Below, piece by piece: positions 30,473-39,091 of a stretch of 64,000 nt of DNA. Within the stretch, counting starts at the first letter, position 1; the number at the start of each line of letters is the position of its first letter. The translations under genes and the position numbers were made by a program. Under the pieces are notes generated by a model. The model saw nothing but the letters and a program-made list of their open reading frames with translations, was not told the origin of the DNA and made no database searches. The stretch is from Candidatus Woesebacteria bacterium RIFCSPLOWO2_01_FULL_39_61 (GTDB lineage Bacteria > Patescibacteriota > Microgenomatia > UBA8517), in assembly GCA_001793155.1 (NCBI GenBank), contig MGHI01000040.1:3209-67208 (forward strand). Reading direction: 5' to 3'.

Positions 30473-30947
30473 GCAAAAATACTGCAGAGTTTCCTTTTCC
30501 ATATTGATAATCTTTAATCCAACCCGCATCTTCATAACCATTCTTTTTATAAAAGTTAACGACCCCATCATCTCCTTTGTTAGTGTAAACAAACATTTTA
30601 CGAGCCCCTTTACTATGAGCATATTCTTCTAGTTTGCCAAGAATTTTAGATCCGACTCCCTTGCCTGCATGTTCGGGATTAACTGCTGCGATTACTATTA
30701 CCCATTTCTCGATTCCTTCATTTCCATTTATGGGATTTTCCTGTTGAGCATAGGTCATACCCAATATTTCATTGTCATCAGATAATGCTAATACACAAGC
30801 GCCTTTTTCTTCATGGATAGCTTTAACCATTTCTGTAAAGGAAAACCATTGTTCCACTGACGAATCTGGTGTTGCAGAAAAAGCCTTTCTAGCGATAGCT
30901 TCGATTGGTTCTATATCTTGGTTAACGTTGAATAATTCTGTTCGCAT
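30453..30947 (-). CDS. GNAT-family N-acetyltransferase
   Basis: 'AVNPEHAGKGVGSKIL', 'NFYKKNGY'. Confidence 0.9.
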   Translation of the reverse strand: MRTELFNVNQDIEPIEAIARKAFSATPDSSVEQWFSFTEMVKAIHEEKGACVLALSDDNEILGMTYAQQENPINGNEGIEKWVIVIAAVNPEHAGKGVGSKILGKLEEYAHSKGARKMFVYTNKGDDGVVNFYKKNGYEDAGWIKDYQYGKGNSAVFLLKYLEN

Positions 30948-31000
30948 ATATAAAGTGTATCATCGGGAGTTCGAAAATAGTCCGATTAAACGTTTTGGGG

Positions 31001-31096
31001 CGGTGCCTAGTTGACTATGTTGGAACCTTTTTTAAAGAACAACTTGAAAGTATTTCCATTACTCCACGGCCAAGATTGGCACTGCAACGAGTCTGA
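31001..31096 (+). other. Orphan recombinase tail / attP-like half-site 2 (RCLVDYVGTFFKEQ...)
   Basis: G-CGG core; TTGGAAC at 31020. Confidence 0.55.
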
Positions 31097-31112
31097 TTAT
31101 ACTAAATTCGGG

Positions 31113-31209
31113 CACGCATTAGTAAGCGAACTTCGAACTTTATGATATTAGGTTGATGGATATTTCTCAAAAAGTATTCGAAGCCTTGCAGAAAGAATTG
31201 GAGGTTTAA
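31113..31209 (+). other. Orphan recombinase tail / attP-like half-site 3 (HALVSELRT...)
   Basis: TTCGAAC at 31132; a helical continuation follows after a 1-nt frameshift. Confidence 0.45.
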
Positions 31210-31216
31210 GCTATGG

Positions 31217-32548
31217 TTATAGCTTTAATACATAACTTTCATAACCATTGTATGGCTGTGTTTTGCCTTCAAAATTCACATTTATCTTTAACTCAGATTC
31301 TCCACTTCCAGTAAATGTTATGTTTTTAGTCAACTCACGAGATTGTCCAGAAGTCAAATCTATATTTTGAAAGTTCTCGGTGGCTAAAACTTTCACCTCA
31401 CCATCTGTGGTGAAGCCATCATTTGTTCTTTTGTAGGGGGTTTGTGAAATTGACAAAGATTTTAGAACAGCATTCTCTTTACTAACATTCGTCAGCTCAA
31501 TATCAAAGACATTACTAACTCCACTCTTGATTGGTCTTTTATACTTAATCTTCATCACAATCTTATTACTGTAACGCAAATCACTCCATATAAGCCCTTG
31601 TTCTGATGGATATTCTGTGGGAGCATATAAACTACTTTCAAAGACCAGTAAATCACCATCAAGCTTAACCTCTGAATTTATAGAATAGTTTTCACCTTTG
31701 GAACGGAAATCGCAATCTTTCACTGGTTCTTCTCTATGCGTTTGTCCTTCTCTTAAAGACCATAAACCAGCTTGAGAACATTCTCCATTATTGAAGTTTG
31801 CTACATACTTTCCATCTTTCAAAAATTCGATTTCAGTTGGTAATCTAAATAAATCTAAATCGTTAGTTTTCTTCCATTTTTTTGCTGTAAGCTTGTTAAA
31901 TAAATCAGAAGTATTTACCCTCGGCAGGTTATCAGCTGTATATGTGTTACCACTATCTGTAATCGCTTCACATTTACCTAACCTTTCACCTGCCAATGAA
32001 ATTCGGTCACTTTTTATTACAAATCCCCAAGCGTCACCAGAACTTAAAAAGATTACTCCTGAATCTGAACCGCTTGCTTCAAAGTTCCAATTACCTTGAC
32101 CTGAACCTTCTGGATAATCTGAAAAGTGTGACCATTTGTAAGTTCCGTTTTTAGTAAAAGCGTAGTTTTTTGCAGTAGGTGCAAGCATACTTTTCCCTGA
32201 AATATCATCTTTATTGCACCAAGTGTTAGCAGTCAGTTTATCAAACAGAGTTCCTTTGTCTAAACTTGAAGCTGTTGGCTGCGAAGATGTCGTATCAAAG
32301 TTAGATGGAATACTTTTATTTGATAACTTTGTGGGTAACAGATTAGATTTTGTAGCAAGCAAATAACCAACTACCCCAATTACTGTCACAAGAAATAAAA
32401 CTCCCAAAATGATGAGAATTGAGCCTTTTTGGTTTTTTATTAGACTTCGGAAAGTGGATTGAGATTGAATTAGTGATTTAGAAGGATTTACAGGCTGATT
32501 ATAATTGTCCACTTCCATATAGTTATAGTATTTCAAATACGAGGGCAA
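31217..32548 (-). CDS. Membrane-anchored extracellular beta-rich protein (island cargo)
   Basis: 'QKG' + TM anchor; two internal repeats 'LF.KLTA..W'; paired Cys residues. Confidence 0.6.
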   Translation of the reverse strand: MPSYLKYYNYMEVDNYNQPVNPSKSLIQSQSTFRSLIKNQKGSILIILGVLFLVTVIGVVGYLLATKSNLLPTKLSNKSIPSNFDTTSSQPTASSLDKGTLFDKLTANTWCNKDDISGKSMLAPTAKNYAFTKNGTYKWSHFSDYPEGSGQGNWNFEASGSDSGVIFLSSGDAWGFVIKSDRISLAGERLGKCEAITDSGNTYTADNLPRVNTSDLFNKLTAKKWKKTNDLDLFRLPTEIEFLKDGKYVANFNNGECSQAGLWSLREGQTHREEPVKDCDFRSKGENYSINSEVKLDGDLLVFESSLYAPTEYPSEQGLIWSDLRYSNKIVMKIKYKRPIKSGVSNVFDIELTNVSKENAVLKSLSISQTPYKRTNDGFTTDGEVKVLATENFQNIDLTSGQSRELTKNITFTGSGESELKINVNFEGKTQPYNGYESYVLKL

Positions 32549-32895
32549 AATACAATGAGTTTTTCATAGGGGGTATACCACCCCATTTTTGACCATCCAA
32601 AACCCATTATGACCTTTCTCCAATCCGTAGCATATTTTTGAAAACTGGTAATTGCTGAACTCGTGCTTCAAGGGTATCTTTTGGTACCCTTAACTTCACA
32701 CTATGTAAGTCCGCACCATCATTATATTAAGTACTCTAATATAATAGTTATATTGATAAGTATAAAGAGATATACGCCATGCTATTTTGACAAGTGTTAG
32801 CTTCAAAGGTCTTAAATATGCTTGTGTCTCTATAAAACTTCTGAAAGTTATGGGACTTTAAGCTATAATCAGAGCACAAATTAGATGGAAATGGT

Positions 32896-33468
32896 ATGGA
32901 TAATAAAGTTAATAGTGAAGCAATCAGTCTTGTTAAAAAAATCCTAAGAATAACTTCTCCTACTGGTAAGATACCAGCATTAATTATCCAACCACGCAAT
33001 AAAGTAACACGAAATAATAGTAATGCAATTTATTATTCAAACCCCCATGTCATAGATTTCCTGGTGTCAGAAAGTGTAATTAGAGTTATCAATATCTTAA
33101 AGAAAGATGCTGCCCCAAAGGATTTTTCATTCAAAGTTTCTTTTAGGAGAAATGAGGCAGAAGAATTCCTGTATGTTATTTGTCATGGAGACTTCTCCTG
33201 GGATAAAAGAGATGGAACTTGGACTTACAAAGACAGGTCATATCCTTTTAAGCTGGGTACTGGACAATATAGGTTGATAAATCTATTTATGGAGAATCAG
33301 AATACTCACTTTACGGAGGATGAGATTATTACAACTTACAGTTCAAAAAGAGAAGACGATATTAAACGATTGACAAATGACTTAATAAAAGAAATTAGAA
33401 GGCCGTTGAAGATACCGAAAAAGCACTTCATTCCTGGAGATGGCTATATCTTCAAACCCATCCTTTGA
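32896..33468 (+). CDS. Hypothetical protein with a possible C-terminal winged-helix
   Basis: 'LINLFMEN....FTEDEII...IKEIRRPL......GDGY' resembles an OmpR-like wHTH. Confidence 0.45.
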   Translation: MDNKVNSEAISLVKKILRITSPTGKIPALIIQPRNKVTRNNSNAIYYSNPHVIDFLVSESVIRVINILKKDAAPKDFSFKVSFRRNEAEEFLYVICHGDFSWDKRDGTWTYKDRSYPFKLGTGQYRLINLFMENQNTHFTEDEIITTYSSKREDDIKRLTNDLIKEIRRPLKIPKKHFIPGDGYIFKPIL

Positions 33469-33545
33469 TATTCCTTAATCTTCTCCAATTCTTCCCCAAT
33501 TAATTTCGTATCAACTTCGCAAAATATCGCCTATTCTTCCAGTAT

Positions 33546-33740
33546 ATGGGAAGCTCGCAATCCATTACCTGGTTGAGTCTTGAACTTCAAGAGGAAATTA
33601 GAAAGCACTTCCAGCCTAAGTACAAACAGCCATTAACTGACGAACGAGTAATAAGAATTGCCGATAATCTGACCTCTGTAATGGAAGTTTTGCTCAAGAT
33701 GAGATGGAGACAAAAGTATGGAAATCTTTCAAGACCTTAA
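33546..33740 (+). CDS. Small helical protein of the LSR element
   Basis: 64-aa ORF 'EEIRKHFQPKYKQPLTDERVIRIADNL', translationally coupled to the next gene. Confidence 0.55.
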   Translation: MGSSQSITWLSLELQEEIRKHFQPKYKQPLTDERVIRIADNLTSVMEVLLKMRWRQKYGNLSRP

Positions 33741-34089
33741 TATCACAGAACCATTTATTCAGAAACACTTCATTAAGTATCCACAGGCCTCTATAAGTTT
33801 TGTCTTTCGCAAGTTGAGAAACAGGCAAAGTTTGTCTTTCTTTGGTGATTATCCCCTCATTTCAGTTGTTGTTGCGACCATGCGAGAAATGGGCATTCCT
33901 GTCAAAAGAAGGATGCTCCGTAAAACTTTTAATCAATCGAAGGAATTGAGGGGGAAGATTACACTTCTCGACCAACTTTTAAGTGATGAAATCCCGCACA
34001 AAGATTTAGCTGGAATACCCTACAACACACGATATAGTGGCAAGACGACTATTGCATCATCCAAAGGAGGAAATGCCCATGAAATCTGA
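33718..34089 (+). CDS. Hypothetical protein
   Basis: 123-aa ORF overlapping both neighbours in an operon. Confidence 0.5.
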   Translation: MEIFQDLNITEPFIQKHFIKYPQASISFVFRKLRNRQSLSFFGDYPLISVVVATMREMGIPVKRRMLRKTFNQSKELRGKITLLDQLLSDEIPHKDLAGIPYNTRYSGKTTIASSKGGNAHEI

Positions 34090-34315
34090 TTTTTTTATTA
34101 CAAAAGACCTGGGACTTTCAGGAGCCTTACATTCAAAAGGAGTAAAACTCGTGCGAGTAGATAGGCAGGGGAAATTGTGTTTCTTTGTATTTGAGAATCG
34201 TTCTTTATGCGAATCACTCCAGCAACAGTTTTATGCCAAAACTCTTGATGTAGATGCTTTGGAATATACAAACAGCTTGAGGGTCTTAAAAGACCTTGTT
34301 TTTTCAAGGAGTTAA
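34079..34315 (+). CDS. DUF5659-like protein
   Basis: SD AAGGAGG; 'TKDLGLSGAL...FFVFE...FY...L.VDA..Y...LR.LK'. Confidence 0.65.
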   Translation: MKSDFFITKDLGLSGALHSKGVKLVRVDRQGKLCFFVFENRSLCESLQQQFYAKTLDVDALEYTNSLRVLKDLVFSRS

Positions 34316-34327
34316 GCTAAAGAAATT

Positions 34328-34639
34328 ATGGAAATGTCAGATGAACATGTCAAAATCCGAGTTTTTATTAAAGACAAGGGCAACTTGTTAGCGAATGCGA
34401 CTATATCCCTTGAAACCGTATATTTTGGTTTTATTACAATCAAAGACTTTCAAATCTGGCGAAGTCAAAATCTCAACAGCAGACTCCAAGAATACATCAA
34501 CATCAAACCTCTACAGAGAAATGTTTATGGCAAGTGGCTAGACAGAGTATTTTTTGAAGATACAGAGAAATGGTACGAGCTAGAAGCAAAAATTTACGAT
34601 GCTTATTTTATGGCTCGAAGTAAAGCAAGTGATAAGTGA
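34328..34639 (+). CDS. SpoVG-like nucleic-acid-binding protein
   Basis: 'GNLLANATISL....GFITIKDFQIW...P...GKW....F'. Confidence 0.55.
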   Translation: MEMSDEHVKIRVFIKDKGNLLANATISLETVYFGFITIKDFQIWRSQNLNSRLQEYINIKPLQRNVYGKWLDRVFFEDTEKWYELEAKIYDAYFMARSKASDK

Positions 34640-34640
34640 A

Positions 34641-34765
34641 CATAGTAACTATGTAGGATATAGGAACCAGTATAGTAACGCTTTCCCTTACAAGGAAATC
34701 TTGCTTATTACTTTATAGAGTTCGTTACTTTATTAGTCATTGTTACTTGTTAGTTATAGTTACTG
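34641..34765. repeat. AT-rich region with AGTAAC / GTTACT inverted short repeats
   Basis: TAGTAAC at 34643 and 34673; GTTACT at 34724, 34742 and 34759. Confidence 0.45.
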
Positions 34766-34801
34766 TAGTGTTTCAAGTAAGATTATGAGATTAAATATAG
34801 C

Positions 34802-34920
34802 TTGCAACCGAACCTAAAACTTGAGATAATGAGACTGTGCTCAGGGAAATAGGTGAAGTTTTTTAATGCCCTCGTAGGACAGGACTTCACCGTTCTGAGC
34901 ACAACCTGCGGGGGCATTTA
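34802..34920 (+). promoter_or_regulatory. Recombinase promoter plus structured (pseudoknot-like) 5' leader
   Basis: TTGCAA-17nt-GATAAT; stems 34836-44/34895-903, 34852-59/34884-91 and 34865-78/34905-18. Confidence 0.6.
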
Positions 34921-34924
34921 AGTT

Positions 34925-36436
34925 ATGGACAAACTTATACACATTCAGTATTCAAGGAAATCATCAGAGGAAGAAGAACGCCAAGCATTATCTATCGAGG
35001 CACAAGAAAGAGAACTGACAGACTTTGCTGACAGGGTTAAGTTTGAAGTAATAAAACCACGACTGGTTGAGACAAAATCTGCACACAAACCTGGTCGTGG
35101 AATCTTCAACGAGATGCTAGACAAAATTGAACGAGGTGAAGCTAATGCAATCCTTTGTTGGAAGTTAGACAGACTCGCTCGCAATGCTCTTGATGGTGGG
35201 AGAATTGTGTGGTTGATGGATGAAGGCAAATTGAAACAGATAGATACTCCCTACAAATCATTTAAAAATACTGCTGACGATAAGTTTTTGATGAGCATTG
35301 AGTTTGGTATGAGTAAGAAATACTCTGATGATTTAAGCGACAATGTTAAACGAGGAATTAGACAAAAGTACGAGCTTGGACAATACCCAAATCTTGCACC
35401 AATTGGTTACATCAACATGAAGATTGATGGTGTAATTAACATCTACCCAGACCCAGAACGCAAAGATTTAGTTATCAGAATCTTCGTTGAATATGCTACT
35501 GGAAAGTACTCACTTGGAGGATTAACTGATATGGTTTTCAAGTGGGGTCTAAGAACTCGAAGGAATAAACCAATCAGTAAATCTCATCTTCACAGAATCT
35601 TGCAAAATCCCCTGTATCATGGCCAATTTGAACATGGTGGAGAGTTACACAATGGCAGCTACGAACCACTCATCACAAAGAAATTATTTGATGATGTTCA
35701 GGCAGTATTAAACGACAGAAGTAAACCGAAGAAGATTGATAATGAATGGCCGTATGCTGGACTTATCAAATGTGGTTGCGGATGTGGTGCATCAGTTATC
35801 TTTGAAACAAAGAAGAAGTATTATAAAAAGACTGATAGAAATGCTGAATATACTTACGCACGTTCAAGCAGAAGATGCAGCAAATGTGCTCAACAAGGGA
35901 TAACTCTTAAAGAACTTGAGCAGATGATTGACGAGAAACTAATTCCTGTCTCAATTGATGAGGATACTTGGAGATTGGGAATTAAACTCCTTAATGCGAA
36001 GTACGATTCAGAGGCGAAACACAGAGCACAAGTTGTTGAAAGTCAACAAAGACAGTACCAGAGAATCCAATCTGAACTTGATGGATATTTTAAGATGCGG
36101 GCACGGGAGGAGATGACAAGCGATGAGTTTGTTGCCAAAAAGAAAGCAATTCTGGAAGAACAGGCAAAATTGAAGGACAAGATTAACGAAGGTTTGGAGG
36201 GTCAAAGGACTTGGTTGGAACTTGCTGAAGATTTCTTTACAACTGCTTACGAGGCACGGAACGTACTTAATAGTGATATTTTGGAAGACAAACGAATGGC
36301 AGTTAAAAAGATTGGTTGGAACCTCTTGTTAATGAACGAAAAGCTCGTCTGGACGTACCAAGAGCCCTATGATGTACTCCTAAAACCCACTTATCGTTCT
36401 GACCTGCGGAGACGAGAGGATTCGAACCTCTGGTAA
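34925..36436 (+). CDS. Large serine recombinase (resolvase + recombinase + Zn ribbon + coiled coil)
   Basis: 'YSRKSSE...SIEAQ', 'WKLDRLARN', 'APIGY', 'IKCGCGCG'; C-terminus RRREDSNLW is encoded by the tRNA antisense. Confidence 0.95.
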   Translation: MDKLIHIQYSRKSSEEEERQALSIEAQERELTDFADRVKFEVIKPRLVETKSAHKPGRGIFNEMLDKIERGEANAILCWKLDRLARNALDGGRIVWLMDEGKLKQIDTPYKSFKNTADDKFLMSIEFGMSKKYSDDLSDNVKRGIRQKYELGQYPNLAPIGYINMKIDGVINIYPDPERKDLVIRIFVEYATGKYSLGGLTDMVFKWGLRTRRNKPISKSHLHRILQNPLYHGQFEHGGELHNGSYEPLITKKLFDDVQAVLNDRSKPKKIDNEWPYAGLIKCGCGCGASVIFETKKKYYKKTDRNAEYTYARSSRRCSKCAQQGITLKELEQMIDEKLIPVSIDEDTWRLGIKLLNAKYDSEAKHRAQVVESQQRQYQRIQSELDGYFKMRAREEMTSDEFVAKKKAILEEQAKLKDKINEGLEGQRTWLELAEDFFTTAYEARNVLNSDILEDKRMAVKKIGWNLLLMNEKLVWTYQEPYDVLLKPTYRSDLRRREDSNLW

Positions 36437-36495
36437 CCTCTGCAGGCTACACCGATTTTCAAGATCGGCCCGTTCATCCACTCCGGCACGTCTCC
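36407..36495 (-). tRNA. tRNA-Ser(TGA)
   Basis: GGAGACG/CGTCTCC acceptor; CCGAT-CT-TGA-AA-ATCGG anticodon arm; long variable arm; GGTTCGAATCC. Confidence 0.95.
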
Positions 36496-36499
36496 CCGG

Positions 36500-36586
36500 C
36501 GGAGGAGGTGGGATTCGAACCCACGCGAGCTTTTAAGGCTCACGCGCTCTCCAAGCGCGCGGAATGAACCACTATCCGACTCCTCC
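36500..36586 (-). tRNA. tRNA-Ser(GGA)
   Basis: GGAGGAG/CTCCTCC acceptor; CGCGC-TT-GGA-GA-GCGCG anticodon arm; long variable arm. Confidence 0.95.
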
Positions 36587-36598
36587 GAATATAGCCAA

Positions 36599-37183
36599 TT
36601 ATACCAAACTCTCCTGTATTCCCGAATCTAAAATCTTTTCTGCTTGATCAAGAAATTTTTTCTCTCCAGAAAAGCTAAGCTTTTTTCTTGCCTTCTCAAA
36701 TTCCAACCATTCAACTTTTTCTGTCTCAAATCCAGGACCTTGATGCATATCTTTTATCCATCTCATAAGATAAAAAGTTACAAATTTCAATTTCTTGCCA
36801 CCTTCTTTTGATGTGTAGAAATATCTCTCCGTACCGATTTTTTCTATAATTTTTGCTTCCACACCGCCCTCTTCTCTTACTTCTCTTCGCGCAGCGTTTT
36901 GAAGATCAGCTTCATTTGCTTTTTTCTCTCCCGAGGCCAATGGTCCCGGTTTTTGCCCGTCGTCACAGTCGTCAATCCATCCCTTGGTAAACCTCCAAAC
37001 GTTCCCAGGATAACCCTTGGTGGGACTTGATTTTGCCACTAACCAATATATCCTAACTTTCCTACCTTCCCTTTCTTTTACTTTTTTAAAGACAATTCCT
37101 CCCGCTGAAAATTCCCTGACTATTCCTGGAGCTTGGTTTATATCTAGGGGTTCTTTTTTTTGGCCTTTCTTTCCTTTTTCCAC
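36599..37183 (-). CDS. NUDIX hydrolase
   Basis: 'SAGGIVF', 'W.F.KG', 'AARREVREEGG'. Confidence 0.85.
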   Translation of the reverse strand: MEKGKKGQKKEPLDINQAPGIVREFSAGGIVFKKVKEREGRKVRIYWLVAKSSPTKGYPGNVWRFTKGWIDDCDDGQKPGPLASGEKKANEADLQNAARREVREEGGVEAKIIEKIGTERYFYTSKEGGKKLKFVTFYLMRWIKDMHQGPGFETEKVEWLEFEKARKKLSFSGEKKFLDQAEKILDSGIQESLV

Positions 37184-37593
37184 TTTTTATATACTCCCCG
37201 TGCTTCCTTCAACATGGTTTTTTCTCTCTTGGAGGAAAGCTTTTTTACAGTCTGTGAGTAATCAAACCAATTGGCATCCGGAAACCCGATTATATCTTTG
37301 GCAAATGACTTTGATAACATTAAATAGTATAGGTATCTTTGGGGAACTATTTTCCCGTTGATATTTGTCACGCCTCCCGCACGCCCGACTTCTTCTAAAA
37401 CTCTGGTCGTCATAAAAGCCTTTTCCCCCATCATACGCAGTGCCGCACGAACGGAAGATTCACCTCTTCTAACCGTTACCTTGGGAATCTCCCAAACATC
37501 ATCGTCTTGATGCTTAATCAAAAACCATTCGGGCTTATTGTGCTGTTCCCTAAAAACAATGGCTCCCGAAACTAAAACTAAATTTTTATTCAT
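37144..37593 (-). CDS. Degenerate NUDIX-fold protein
   Basis: 'WEIPKVTVRRGESSVRAALRMMGEK' lacks the canonical REUXEE glutamates. Confidence 0.7.
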   Translation of the reverse strand: MNKNLVLVSGAIVFREQHNKPEWFLIKHQDDDVWEIPKVTVRRGESSVRAALRMMGEKAFMTTRVLEEVGRAGGVTNINGKIVPQRYLYYLMLSKSFAKDIIGFPDANWFDYSQTVKKLSSKREKTMLKEARGVYKKWKKERKAKKKNP

Positions 37594-37602
37594 AACTTTA
37601 CT

Positions 37603-37866
37603 TTAACTTGAGGCACCTTCAAAGTAAAACCTAAGCATCTTCTTAATACTTCTTCTCCCCCAACCACTTTTAAGAAATCTTTCCCTAGCTTTTGCATCTT
37701 TAATTATCAAAAAGCCTTCATAATATATCAATTTATACGGCCTATACAGTTTTGTTGCCAAACTCTCTCCAAAGTTGTGTTCCTTAAGTCTTCTGTCAAC
37801 ATTATCAGTAGAACCGATATATAGACTTCTGTTTACTTCACTTCGAATAATATAGACAAAAAACAT
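37603..37866 (-). CDS. Small GIY-YIG nuclease
   Basis: 'FVYII...LYIGST.NVDRRLKEHN...ARERFLKSGWG'. Confidence 0.92.
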   Translation of the reverse strand: MFFVYIIRSEVNRSLYIGSTDNVDRRLKEHNFGESLATKLYRPYKLIYYEGFLIIKDAKARERFLKSGWGRRSIKKMLRFYFEGASS

Positions 37867-37934
37867 AGCGTCGCGTAATAAATCAAAGATTTAAACGCGA
37901 CAGCCACGTTTAAATTGCTTGGCAATTTATTACG

Positions 37935-38025
37935 TGGCGGTGGGGACAGGATTTGAACCTGCGCGAGGGGATTAACCCTCAAAGGTTTAGCAAACCTTCG
38001 CCTTAGACCACTCGGCCACCCCACC
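37935..38025 (-). tRNA. tRNA-Ser(GCT) with encoded CCA
   Basis: GGTGGGG/CCCCACC acceptor; AAGGT-TT-GCT-AA-ACCTT anticodon arm. Confidence 0.95.
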
Positions 38026-38101
38026 CCGGCTAAGCCCCAATTATATCAAAACTGAGCATAGTAGAAAATACGACATTTATGTATAATGTTTTTTAGACAA
38101 A

Positions 38102-38659
38102 ATGGCTGCTCAAACACAAAAAACGGCATCGACTAAGAATCCTCAAGAGGACTACGCGGCTACGCCCCCTCCGCAGCCCATACAACCCGAAAAGGAACTC
38201 TTTGCCTGGCACGCGCCGGCCAGACCTTTCAAAAGGAGGGGTAAGGAATTTTGGATGACAATAATAGCAATAGCATCACTATTTAGTTTTATCTTGTTCC
38301 TGGCCGAAGGCGCAATGCCGGTAATTCTTATCGTTTCGGTCATTTTTCTTTTTTATGTTTTATCAAACGTCGAACCTGAAGAGATTCAATATAAAATAAC
38401 AACCAGAGGAATAAGGGTGGTAGGAAGACTGACCGACATGATGCTTATTTCCAGATTCTGGTTTTCAAAAAGATTCGATAAGGACCTACTTATTTTGGAA
38501 ATCTTACAAATACCCGGCAGGCTGGAACTCGTAATAAACGGAAAAGATTTAGAAAAAATAAGGAAAGTATTATCCATCTATCTACCTGAGGAAGAAATTC
38601 CTCCAACCAATTTTGATAAACTCTCGGGCTGGCTCTCAGAAAAACTTCCGGGGAATTAA
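38102..38659 (+). CDS. Hypothetical two-TM membrane protein
   Basis: 'LFAWHAPARPFKRR', two TM segments, 'YKITTRGI'. Confidence 0.7.
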   Translation: MAAQTQKTASTKNPQEDYAATPPPQPIQPEKELFAWHAPARPFKRRGKEFWMTIIAIASLFSFILFLAEGAMPVILIVSVIFLFYVLSNVEPEEIQYKITTRGIRVVGRLTDMMLISRFWFSKRFDKDLLILEILQIPGRLELVINGKDLEKIRKVLSIYLPEEEIPPTNFDKLSGWLSEKLPGN

Positions 38660-38692
38660 AAATCTTCCCTATTTTTGATAAAATATAACCAC

Positions 38693-38768
38693 GCACCCGT
38701 AGCTTAATGGATAAAGCGTCGGCTTGCGGAGCCGTAGATTGCGAGTTCAACTCTCGCCGGGTGCACCA
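38693..38768 (+). tRNA. tRNA-Arg(GCG)
   Basis: GCACCCG/CGGGTGC acceptor + ACCA; CGGC-TT-GCG-GA-GCCG anticodon arm. Confidence 0.9.
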
Positions 38769-38941
38769 CGTCAAACGTGGTAGACAAGCGCTTTCGTCTT
38801 TAATACAAAATTTCTGAAAGAAATTTTGAAAGAAAAGCTGGTAGAGCGGAAAGTATTTTGAAACGGCAGTGAAAGAATACGATCAGCAAACCTATCTTGA
38901 CGCGGTGGGTTGTCCGAGTGGTTTAAGGAGCTGGTTTCAAA

Positions 38942-39091
38942 CCCCGCACCTTTATTTAAGTAAAGAAAATCGTAAATATGTTTAATAGGCGGGATGCTGG
39001 AGAGGTCTAACAGGCTGGTCTCGAAAACCATGCGCTTCGTAAGAGGTACGGGGGTTCGAATCCCTCTCCCGCCGCAGGTAAAGGTGCGGGG
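38942..39091. mobile_element. Insertion bounded by 13-bp terminal inverted repeats CCCCGCACCTTTA/TAAAGGTGCGGGG, carrying tRNA-Ser(CGA)
   Basis: IRs at 38942-38954 and 39079-39091. Confidence 0.7.
38988..39074 (+). tRNA. tRNA-Ser(CGA)
   Basis: GGCGGGA/TCCCGCC acceptor; TGGT-CT-CGA-AA-ACCA anticodon arm; variable arm; GGTTCGAATCC. Confidence 0.9.

Larger units (their letters stand above)
30428..36409 (+). mobile_element. LSR-encoding integrative element(s) at the tRNA-Ser(TGA) 3' end
   Basis: The recombinase ORF runs into the tRNA antisense; phage/plasmid-like small genes; displaced tails at the left end. Confidence 0.75.

Noticed and set aside
30969-30975. GTTCGAA as the left arm of a full attP around 31001
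   Set aside because: The spacing is not symmetric about the CGG core and no equivalent is seen left of the other junctions.
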